Source: Ascidiella aspersa (taxonomy: Eukaryota). Taken from it: a DNA stretch of 64,000 nt. A model generated the notes under the pieces. It did no database searches and had not been told where the DNA came from. It saw only the letters and a list, made by a program, of their open reading frames with translations. The DNA is taken from positions 25,110,001 through 25,174,000 of the forward strand of contig OZ004612.1 of the NCBI GenBank assembly GCA_963924565.1. The letters run 5' to 3'. The position numbers and the translations under genes were made by a program. How positions within the stretch are numbered: position 1 is the stretch's first letter; the number at the start of each line of letters is the position of its first letter. Below, in pieces: positions 22,640-33,900 of this stretch.

Positions 22640-23593
22640 ATGGCAACTTCCACCAGTAGTTTGGATGTGAGTACAGGACCTGGAGCGTCGCCATCGAATG
22701 TCACAACGCCAGAAACATTTGTGCCCTACGTGACTCGCCCGGCGGAGGTCATCATGCTGGTTCCTGTGCTGATTATCAGTATCTACCTGACGGTGGCTGC
22801 GCCCTGGTACCAGTGGAAGTACGGCCAGGAATCATTAAACTGGACCAACCGTCTTTGTACCATCGTACCGTCAACGCTGCTGCTTCAGACCTGCTTGTTT
22901 CTGATCGAGGTCTGCGGCAGAAACCTGAGCGACGCGGTGTGCAACTTCTACGCCATCGTTACTTTTTTCCTGCTCAACTTCAACAAGTCCGTCGTCTACC
23001 TGGTGCTCTGGTTCCGCCAGCACACCTTCTACACAAACCCAACCGCCGCCCGATCGGTGCCGCGAGTCATCTGGGTTATCAGCTACTCCGCCTTGGTCGG
23101 AATAGTCGTCCTGCCGCTTGGACAGATCTTCTTTGATGCCCTTAGCGTACGAAGAGGCACGCCGGTCGGATGTATAACCGTCACCCAATTTATGGGAACC
23201 AAAGTTAAAAGATCTATCCAGACGGTGCTGTACACGATCTTCGTGTTGAAACAGTTCCTGCTGCTCGGCTTGGTGCTTTACCCCATCATCAGCCACCTTC
23301 GCAAGAATCGTAGCGGCAGTAGCGGAAGCACGATCCAGGATGTAATCGTTCGCCTGAGCATCTGCACCGGAATTTGCGTGGCCACCGACGTTGGCGCCTT
23401 ATTCGTTATCCGATATGGAACTCCGAAAGGCGCATCAATGTCCTTCATGCCGCTCACCTTTAGCTTTAACGCGACCGTGAACATCTTGCTTTTGTACCTG
23501 TCTTTTGCGGACAAATTCGACCGACTAGTTCCTTTTAACAAGAGGATTAATTTAAATGATCCCAGAAACAAAAAATCTAAAGAAGTTCTTTAG
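22640..23593 (+). CDS. Orphan intronless 7TM GPCR-like receptor, copy 7 (317 aa)
   Basis: ATG at 22640 in the same aagtcaaaacccaATG context as copies 2/3/5; divergent TM4-ECL2-TM5; shortened C-tail ending KKSKEVL. Confidence 0.85.
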   Translation: MATSTSSLDVSTGPGASPSNVTTPETFVPYVTRPAEVIMLVPVLIISIYLTVAAPWYQWKYGQESLNWTNRLCTIVPSTLLLQTCLFLIEVCGRNLSDAVCNFYAIVTFFLLNFNKSVVYLVLWFRQHTFYTNPTAARSVPRVIWVISYSALVGIVVLPLGQIFFDALSVRRGTPVGCITVTQFMGTKVKRSIQTVLYTIFVLKQFLLLGLVLYPIISHLRKNRSGSSGSTIQDVIVRLSICTGICVATDVGALFVIRYGTPKGASMSFMPLTFSFNATVNILLLYLSFADKFDRLVPFNKRINLNDPRNKKSKEVL

Positions 23594-24130
23594 ACGTGCG
23601 ATATTTAGGTGTAAAAACGTAGTGAACTAATATTAATTATCGAGGCAAAATTTTATCTTTAACCTTCTTCTCGTTCCATAAGCCTATAGACCTGCACTTA
23701 TCGCTCATTACCGTTGATGTTATATTCGTGTTTGCATGGTATTAAGGTATAGCGACTTAAGAATGATACTCGCCCCGACTATAGCCTACCACACTTAATT
23801 GTTGCCCTTGCAGTAACTAGCTTTTTTTCAACTTGTTTGTCCCTCTAATGTTTAAAAAACTTTTAAGCTACTAAAGTTTCTGTTTCATACCAGTTTTCAA
23901 TCCACTGAACATTTTTAATAGTTCATTTCGAACATTTGTTTGTTTCAAAACTTTCTTGTAAATAAAACTCGGTACACACGGTTTTAGTTTTAGTCTGATG
24001 ATAAAATATCGTACGAGCTGCTTATCTATTTATTAACATGTAGGCTACCACAAAATCTATGAAATGGTTTTCTTTAAACTATCTAAAATCTAAATGTCCC
24101 AACATGGTTTTAATTGAAGAATAACAAAAA

Positions 24131-24254
24131 CTTGATAACAAATTGCAAAGCCAAAAAGGTCGAATAGATCGACATCATCTTGATTAAGACGTTTCGATAC
24201 GTCAAGATGATGTCGATCTACTCGACCTTTTTTGCTTTGCAATTTATTATCAAG
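24131..24254. repeat. ~124-bp near-perfect hairpin (palindromic mini-element)
   Basis: Arm cttgataacaaattgcaaagccaaaaaggtcgaatagatcgacatcatcttga pairs with tcaagatgatgtcgatctactcgaccttttttgctttgcaatttattatcaag; a decayed copy lies at ~9056-9135. Confidence 0.85.
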
Positions 24255-24337
24255 CTACATTCCAGATCCGTACATAGTGTACCCAAACAAAAAACTTTCT
24301 ATGCAAAAATCGAAAAAACACTAGTAAGTTTTTTTTG

Positions 24338-24580
24338 TGTAGCCTTCTTTGACATCAATTTAACACATTTTAATACCTGACATTTTAGCAAAGAATAACT
24401 GACCCACACACTTTAATTTAAAAGAACTAACTATTTGTAATGTTTTTTTATTTTTTTCTGTAGCCTACTTCACATCAATCTAACACATTTTAATACAAAG
24501 TACCAGAGATTTTAGTGAAGGATAACTGATCCACGTACGTGTACTTTAAAACAACTAAATATTTGTAATGTTATTTTATT
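24338..24580 (+). repeat. Two-copy ~120-bp imperfect direct repeat
   Basis: gtagcct...acatcaat.taacacattttaatac...tatttgtaatgtt occurs twice in tandem. Confidence 0.7.
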
Positions 24581-27500
24581 TTACAGTGGGTGTGCTTTAA
24601 ATCTTAACATTACTCCGATGTCACACAACTACAATGTCATTCTGAGGCAAACAATAACCAAGTCCTTTTGGGTAAAAAATGAAAAAAAAGTAGTATTGTA
24701 CTGCTGTTGATATGAAATTTAGTAAAAAGTCATAATCATAATTTGTCGACTTTTTGTTTATTTTATTTTGTATAATTGGTCACATACAAAAAAAAATGCA
24801 TATTTTTAATAAAACAAGCAAAACTATGGACTTTTTTTAGGTGAATGCTGTATCATATGAAATTGAGATCATAATTAAAAGTTTATTAAATGAGGCATAT
24901 TCGAGTCTTCACTTGCAGAAATTTGATTTCCATATTTGTCTGTTTCGATTCCAAACCTATAAAGAAGGTACAAATATTTTCTAAATATAATAAATATTTA
25001 ATACAAATAAAACAGTTTAGCAACTGAACTGTATAATTTCACCCAATTTGCAAGATTAATATATATTATTGCATATTTCAACTAAAGTAAACGCTGACAG
25101 AGCTTCCCACAACCTAATAAAAAACACTTCCAAAAAAATCTCCACCATATTTAATTTATTTGGTCAACACGCAACAGTTAAACTTCTTACCTTTTGCATC
25201 CTTTGGAAAGCAGCATCTGCTTGACTTGTAGCAAATTACTTTATCAGTGTATTGAGTTCCGTATACAGATTGTTAATACAGGGAGAGATTGCATACCAGT
25301 TTGAATATAAACAAAGCTTTGTTTTATGGAAGTCACAAATATTCTCACAAACTTCCGAAAATAACATTCATAGCAAGAATAGACTGACTAAAACAAATAT
25401 AGCAACATTAATAGTAAGAATAGCTTAGAAAATAGAAAAATAGAAAAATTTTCCCCAATAACCCGAGAAAAATTTATTGTAAGTTTTAATTTAAACTATT
25501 TTGTTAGTTTGAGCATTGTTATGACGTCACTGGTATAGGATCTCGATATTTTTGTCCAAAATATCGAGTATCGCATTCAAATGTCAAGTATCGGACATTC
25601 CTACTGCTCGATTTCCAAAATACTACATTGTAATTACAAACGAGAAAAAGTTCAAAAACAGTTATTGCCTTTGTACGGCTACTGCTATACGGGAAATCAC
25701 GAAATCGCATCACAATCAATTTTAACGTCATGTAGAATTTATTGCAACAATGCACACGTAAAAGCAATTGCACTTTTGACGAAAACAACCAACAACTAAG
25801 GTAAGGCCATGTCCAGCTTAAAGCCATTTCGGCGTGAAGAACAAACAGCGAACGATTTCCCAAAGTGTGTGAGAACCTTGGGTCACACAACTTTCAAATA
25901 GTAACTTGTAAATTAAGCACCTACTGAACGATGTTGCTACAAGGTTTACATAAATACTCCAAAACGACATCAAACTTACAGCTTAAATTAAAAAAAATGA
26001 CTTAATACCAGGTTTACACAGAAAGGTAATTTATTTTTTTCTATTTTCCTAATCAAAAAACCATTAGTATAAGCCTACGCTATTTTCCTTATCAAAAACC
26101 CTATTTTTGAGGAAGCAGTGAACTGAGACCAAAAAAAACTACGACATTTTCTCATAAGTAAATGCGGGAAAATCGTACTTCACCTAAAATTATGTCTTAT
26201 AAATCGTCAAATGTTTTGTTCTTTGGCGAGGATTGTATAAAACGAGATTTCATTAGGAAACGGCGCAGCTGAATAAGTAAAACATTACGTTAATCATAGG
26301 GAAAATCGTCGACAATAAACAACAAGAACATTAATCATATTGATAAGCCTTTCAAACACATGCGAATGTAACAATATCACCTGAACGTGGTAACATACAT
26401 ATTTTAGGCGGAGTAATCTTAATGACCAAGTATCATACGACAAAAGCACTTTGGCTACTGAGTTTAGTGGACTTACAGAAACGTCGCTTTGGGGAAAAAA
26501 TGTATTTCCCAAAACAAATAAATATTTTCTATGGCTCGTTGTAAATTAGGGGAAAATATGTTTTCCCAAAACAGATCGCACGAAATTACTCTACGGCTCG
26601 TTGCAATTGATACTCTACGGCTCGTTGCAATTGATATTAAAACCACCAGCTTAGAAATTGCATTGGAAAAGAAGGCGTAAAAGTTCTGTTTGATCACAGC
26701 GCGATGTCACGCAATGAACGATACAATGACGACAGCTACGTTAAGTGCATTTGGGTTATTTTCAGGTAGGAATGACTGCTATAGTTATAATTTCATATAA
26801 CAAGTACTAAAACTTTTTTTTTCAATTTAATGAATGGATAACGTGACCATCTAAGTTTTGCCTGGATGCAAGTTAAGAGTATAGCTTGCCGTTTTTTTTT
26901 TTAAACAAAAATGTCTTCCCAGTAATAATCGTAATGATTTGCTAACGACCTAGAATTGAGAATAGGCTGCCATTCGATGAAAGCAAACATTTGTAACGTT
27001 AGGTACAACAACGAGTATTGGTAAAAAAAAGCTTCAAAATTAAGCGGAAATTACCTGTTAAGCGTAACCAGCGCCTATCGTGTCGCTAAACACAAGGAAA
27101 AAAAGTGTCATTGACGCTTCAGACTGTTTTTGAAAATCATAAAGGGTTGTTTTAATGACCGGTATTAACGATTTTTAAAAGCGCAGAACTGCAAACAAAA
27201 AACTATTTGCGGAAACTTCATCCACAGTTTACTTAGTCTTAGATCAGGAGGTGGGCAACCTACGGACCGCTAATGAATATCATTCGGCCCGCTAACGAAA
27301 TGGGTAGGAGGCTCTTTCCAACGAAAAAAATGCGAAATTTGTTTACCCTAAAGGCGTAACGTATCAACAATCAAAGTAACGTCAGGTAAAAATTATCACG
27401 GTCCGCAGAGACGTTTCCGAGGTTGATTAGCCCGCGTCTTTAGTAAAATATTGCCCTTTTTGTGTTGAGCGATTTCCTTTAAGAAAGCGACCAATAAATA

Positions 27501-27603
27501 AAACGCAACAGTAAAACGACCCAGCCCTACACATTTTTCAAATAGCCACACCATATCTTGTTATCAATAAGACCCGTCGCGAAAAGTATTCCAGGCCCGC
27601 GTT

Positions 27604-27922
27604 TGGGATAAGAGCATTTTTTGCACAACGTGCGCAAAAATGTGCACGCGAAAATATGCGAAAAATGTGCGCACACATAAAATTACCTTCAAAAATGTGC
27701 GCACATTTTAAAATGCCTTAAATGCGCTCACATTTTTACAGGGCAGTTTTAAATGTGCGCACACTCTGGGAAAAAAGTGCGCTCATTTTTAAGGCCAGTT
27801 TAAAATGTTAGGCACTTTCTGAAAAAAAAGTGCGCATAGTTTAAAACGCTTTTAAAATGTGCGCACATATTTTGCACATTTTCGCGTGCACATTGCGCAA
27901 AACAACGCCACGTTCCCTGTTG
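27604..27922 (-). mobile_element. tgtgcgcac-rich non-autonomous repeat in the TBC1D5 3' region
   Basis: Its reverse complement begins caacagggaacgtggcgttgttttgcgcaatgtg, matching caacaggggacgtggcgttattttgcacaatgtg at ~7781. Confidence 0.7.
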
Positions 27923-27975
27923 CGTGATTGGTGAGCCTATCTGCGGCAAACCGGCTTTCAAAACGCAGCCAATTC

Positions 27976-30900
27976 TTATCCGTTGTCGGAGCCGTTGGAG
28001 ACTACTAGCGGGTCGGACTCTGGCGGGTTTGGCAAGCGATCCAATTGAGTCTGGATGGAGATGGAGGTTTGGGAGGGAAAGGATGCCTCCATGTGGAGAG
28101 TGCCTCTGAGAATGTCGCGGATCTGTGAAGAAGAGAAAGATCGTTTTTCTCGTGAAGTATTTTCTTGATGAAAATAAATGAAAGTTGGGGGCAATTTTAA
28201 ACAATTTTTATGAAATTCTAAACTGAACGACAATTTATAGATGGAAATCGCTCTTGTGGTGTAAACGAAGTATAACCCGAAGTTAGCACTCCAAATGGCG
28301 TGTTTTAACCACGAAAGCCATATTTTCCAAGGCAACACTGTAAACGGCATAGCCAGGCTAGAAAAAACAACCGCGATGGCTTTCGGTGTATTAGTTATAT
28401 GTAAGCCGTAATGGTTGGTCAAAAAGCTGCATTCATATGTGTGTGTAATACTAAAACGTATAATTTTTTTTACGTACATAACTAAAAGAGCGCCTAAATA
28501 TTTACCATTTACATTTTTACTGGAATACATTAGGTTGTAAATTGAATTGATTGTGAATAAATAAATGTTATCGTATTCAAATTCTAAAATGATATAATTC
28601 TAATCTAATTTACATTTAACCAGCCCAGTGTTTCTTAACCATGGGCCGCGGCTCGATATTGTGTCGCCGTTTGAATTGGTTGTGTCATTGTCTGATCGAC
28701 TAAGGTAGTTTTATATGTTCAGATTTAATAGGATCAGGCCTGAGCAAGATTTATTCAATACGATTTATTCAGTACACAAATTACAAAAGCAACACAAAGA
28801 TATTGCCCATGCTAAATAAATTAGAACTTGTTCTATTGCCCAACGTCGAATGTTTTGTGTGCTTACATAATGTTCAACGAAAATAGTCGCGTTGCCAAAG
28901 CTTTGCGGTTATAAAAATAACATTTTAATATTTTCCTTCAAAAAAATATATATTATAAAAGGAAAATACCCTTAAAAATGCAAACAAAAGGCTTAAAAAT
29001 CACTGGTCTAGCCAAGAGGCTCTGCACACTTCTAAACACTTAGCATCAACCCGCCTATGACGTAACAATGGAGTAAATTTAAAAGTAAACAAGGTAGCTA
29101 GCCAAGGGTCTGTACACTTCTAAACACTTAACATTAACCTGCCTATGACGTCACAATGGAGTAAATGTAAAAGTAAACAAGGTACTGTCTGTACACTTCT
29201 AATACTTAGCATCAAGCCGCCTATGACGTCACAATGGAGTAAATTTAAAAGTAAACACAGGTATCCGAACTCGCCTGTTTGAGGTTGGCGACCGCCACAC
29301 AAGTTTCGGCGTCCTCCGTCGCATCCGTGTCCTCCTTCTGAGGACTCGGATTTTCGGCTTCGTCGCTCCTCGTCGCATCCGGAGGAGCAACTGCGCTCCC
29401 GCTCCTGGATCTCCGGCCGATCACTCCCTGCTGGAGCAGCCGGATGTTGGCGTCCAGCTTGTCGGAGCAGAAGCGACACTTCTCCTGCAGCTCGGCGTTC
29501 TCCTGCCGAAGGAGGAGGACCTCTTTCTCCTGCGAGAGATGAATTGAGTAAAGGTAGAAAAAGAAGAGTTACGGTAGAAAAAGAAGATGAAGCGAAAACG
29601 CTAAACTAAAAGAAATAGCTAAAAAAACTTGTTTGAGATAACCATGCAGTACAGATAAACTTTTTTTGGTTTTATTGCAAATTTCCGGCAACCACTCAAA
29701 ACTGATGTAGTAATAATGTGTTAAACGTTTTTTTAGTTTGTATTTCATTGTGTGCGTCGAGCTATTTTGCTGTGCGTTAAGTTAAGCTGTAAAAAGTTGG
29801 TTTGATAAAGGGCTTTCCATTAGTTTTTGCACCAGGAAGAATAGGTTTACTTTGTATAGTTATTAGGTCGTTTACATTTCAAGACAAACTTTTTTTTTCT
29901 CAGAACATTGACCAAAAAAATATGGATTTCACGACGAAATTTTTCATACACTGCAAAATTTATCTTTTAAAAGCAATGCTTTTCAAGGCACAATTACCCC
30001 AAAACTCACAAACATATCTCACACACCTGTTTCGCCATACGACAAACAAAACGCATCACATCGACTATGTACAGAAGGGCACATTTATTTGACCAGGCTA
30101 AGTAAGCCCAGTTATCACACACTAAAAAACCTTCAAACGCCTTTATAAACAACAGATGCTCAGCGTCCAAATAATCTAAACTTTACATTTTAGCAGGCGG
30201 CATTTGCTAGTAAGGAATTTACCAGTTTTTTAAGCATGACTGCCTTAGAAAAACTCGACAAAAAACCATTCACTGCTTGACGGCCTGTCACTGACCGGAT
30301 GCCTCACTCAGGTAAACATTAGTATTTAATATTATTAGAATGGCCGCGTGGAGCGAACGCCAACACTAAGCCCAATCTGTAGCACAGCGGCTAGTGCGTA
30401 CGCTAGCTCGCTTGCTCATAAAAACAACTAGACCACGCTCAAAACCAGACTCCAATTAGTGGCCATAAGTGGAGAACGCAAAAGTAGAAAGGCAACAGAA
30501 CAAACGAAGTGAAGCGAATTAAACAAAACAGACGAACTAAAATATAATTTTGTATTACACATAGACAATAAAAGCAACATACCAGGTCGAGTTGCTGTTG
30601 ATTTTGCATCGCTTGCATTTGATTGAGCTTGGGCCTGGCTTGGTCCGATTTGCCCATAGACTTTGAAGAATAGCGGTTGCGCGAAAAAGGTGACTCGTCA
30701 GAAACGGTGTCTAAAAATTAGTGTATTTTGTTTTCTATTGTTAAATTTTAAATTAAAAATAAATTAAAAACAGTTAAAAGTTTCCGATTTTTGATCATCG
30801 TTTACCATACGGTTTTCAATCATGTAATAAAGTTAAAGACATTCGAATATCTATTTATAGGTTTATGAAGACCTACAAAAATTAAATCACTCGACGTTTT

Positions 30901-33900
30901 TCGTAAAAAAAATCAAAACAAAAAAGTGATTTCCATGGTTCACACCAGCAGTCGACAAGCTGGGCCACGGCCCAAATGTGTGTATTTTAGCTATTGTTTA
31001 ACGGTTTCGTTTTATCATTTAGTTGTGGGTCAAGTGATAGTTGTAAATCATTTTACTGTACTTAAAAGTTTGTGAGGTTAAGCGTTTTTTTAGGGAGTAC
31101 CACATTGATGGGGTGTACTGCGGTGTGTTCAAGATACCACATAACAATAAGCCTATGATCAGGTAACATAACAAATAAACAGGTTTACTACCAGACTGAC
31201 TGGAGTGTAGAATACATGGCACAACATGTATTTAAGCGTAGCCTACGTAGCTTGCAAGATACTATATTCTATTCATGACATCATAACCAAATATTTCTCT
31301 TGATAATTAATCGTTATTGTGAGGTACTAACTAGTTCTTCATAACAGGTAATAGTTCTTTTTGCAACACGGTGTATGCTTCTATAAGTTTAGTGAACTTC
31401 GTGAACTGGGATGTACAAATTCTTTAGTAAACGCAGAAGTATGTACTGTTCCAAAAAAAGTTGCAAAAGCACTGCTCCAGGCCGAAAAGTTTGCATGCCC
31501 CCATACCCCAAACAGATATTTCTGGTTTTACGTGCTGGGTCTTCAATAGCTCCGGATAGAGTATTTTGGATCGCAACAAAAAGTTTTCCGACCACTGGTT
31601 TACACAATGGTTTAAAAACATGTTTTTCGACCTCACATTCAAAATATAAAACAGTCGCACAGAAAAAAAAAGCTTTTTTAAACAGTTAAGATGCCCCAAA
31701 AAAATAGTCAAAGACTTTTCAAAAAAAACACAGGGGGCTTTTAAATACTTTTCAATACGCAAATCGCTTCAAAGACAATCAAAGATATTTAGAGATTCGA
31801 ATACTTTGTGGTAACCCTATGACTAATAGTGATTGTAATAAAATGAGTCGTCGTAAACCGTAGCTAAACATCGGTTACCTATAGGAAAAAATTCAAAAAA
31901 CAAAACAACATTTTTTTCCGATTTTTGAGGACCTTTTATACAATCGGCCACCCAAATCTACAGTTTGATTATTATCTATAGTTTAAAGATGCAAATAAAA
32001 AAAAGAGCAAAGAGGCAATACTTTGATATGAGTGGCAAAAGCGGCGTGCATGATATCATTACAAATATTTCGCACAACCAATATGATACAAGGCACACCC
32101 GGAAAAGATGTGCTGACGCCAAAGTACAAACAATAAACATATACCAACCCGGCAAATTCTTCGGTTTCTTCGGCTTGTTGGGTGGAGACTGCAAAACTTT
32201 CTTTATGTCTCTGAAAATGTCAAGACAAATTCCGATTAAATTAGTCCGCCGTAGGACTGGCTTGCTACCATCAAACTTGGGACAAGCGCTAGCGTAAAAA
32301 AATAGATAATATTTGGTAGCACTTGGTATGTTGTGCACCGAAAAGCCATCGCAGACTCGCCGAATCTGTCGATCTATGATGCAAGCAGAGCAAGCCAGGA
32401 AAACAACTGGCCTGCAGTGAGGTTCGAACTCACGAACTCCGGTCAAGCCGGGACCGTCGCTCTACCAACTGAGCAGGCTCAGAAGAGAGGAGCGAGTCGA
32501 GAAACAATCATGCGCCAATACTTGCACATTCTGTTAGTACAAGCAACCTCACATTGGGGGATCATCAGTCCGTATCAATCAATGAAAGACACACACACAC
32601 ATATGTGTTTAAAAACAACTGTAATCTAGCCCCTCGGAAACTATTGATACGGAAGCCGTAATTGTTGGTTATAAAGCATGACGCCGTCAGAGTGCCACTA
32701 TCGTTAATAAACTGTTTTGCACCGGATTTTTGGCGCTGTTTGGGGTTAGTGGTGGGTCATGAGTGGAGTTAGAAATTAGGGTTGAAAGTATTAGGGGAGT
32801 TAGCAATGTACTTAGGGGTGGGGTTTAAGGGTTAGGCAAAATGTTGTATAGGCCTGATTGTGGCCATTTAGGTGTTTTTCCGGCGGGTTTCGGACTTAAT
32901 CCGATTTAGACGGTACTACGACTACTGGGTGTTATTTTGTTCTTATTCCGAACTGTATTTTATTCCGAAAATGATGTTGTTCCGATTTCGGTCTTATAGC
33001 TGGAGTCCGTTAAACTATTAAAATTGGTAAATTCGTCTGATTATGAGCAACAATTCAACTGAAAAAAACGCAATGTACACAGGGGCGTATCCAGAAATTT
33101 AAAAAGGGGGGGTCCCGAATTTTCAACTTGGGGAATTCCCCGATTTTTCGTCTGACGTTAATGACGTCATAAAATAGTGACGGATATGACGTCATAAAAT
33201 AGCGATTGTGATAACGTCATAAATAATACCGCTTAGTGTGCAATCGTTAACTTCAGAAGTAAATAAAAAACAAGACCGTGAAATATATGTGATTGATTTT
33301 GATAGATCCATGTACGGGACCACGCTAAATTACAAGCACGTCTGTCGCCACCTGTAATACTAAATGAAGATCGTTTTCCCGGGTGTTATTCGACTAGCAC
33401 ACCATGAAAAAACACTTAAATAGTCCTAAAATCAGTGTAGTTAACCTTTTTAAGAGAGGGCACACCTGGCGAGCGAAGCGAGCGCGATTTTTTTTTGGTA
33501 TAACAGCATTTCTTTTAAATTTATTGCAAGTTTTATCACATTGCCGAAACTAAAAAATAAAAAAATATGTCCAATATTTTTGAATACGTTTTCCATTTGT
33601 TAACGACGCACTTGGCAGCCCTCCACGGCGCAACGGTAAATCAGCGCTGTTCAAAAGACAGCTATAAATTGTAAACAAAACGGACGTATAAAAGTCATTC
33701 GCGCGAAGCGCGAAAATTTTTCGCACTTACGTAGTTAAAATAGTCGAAAAGTATATGAAATGGCAAACTGCCAAACTGAACGAATAAGGAAATGCGAGAG
33801 AAAAAATATCCTGCGTTTACGGTCGACCAAACAAGAAACGAAAAACGGCGTTTTGCGTTTGATTTTGGTTTCGCATTAGCTTAAGACGCGTGATCCAATT

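Noticed and set aside
25180-25330. Exon-like stretch with a strong minus-strand donor (aag|gtaag)
   Set aside because: Stops in the frame I tested, no recognisable protein motif and no partner exons found.
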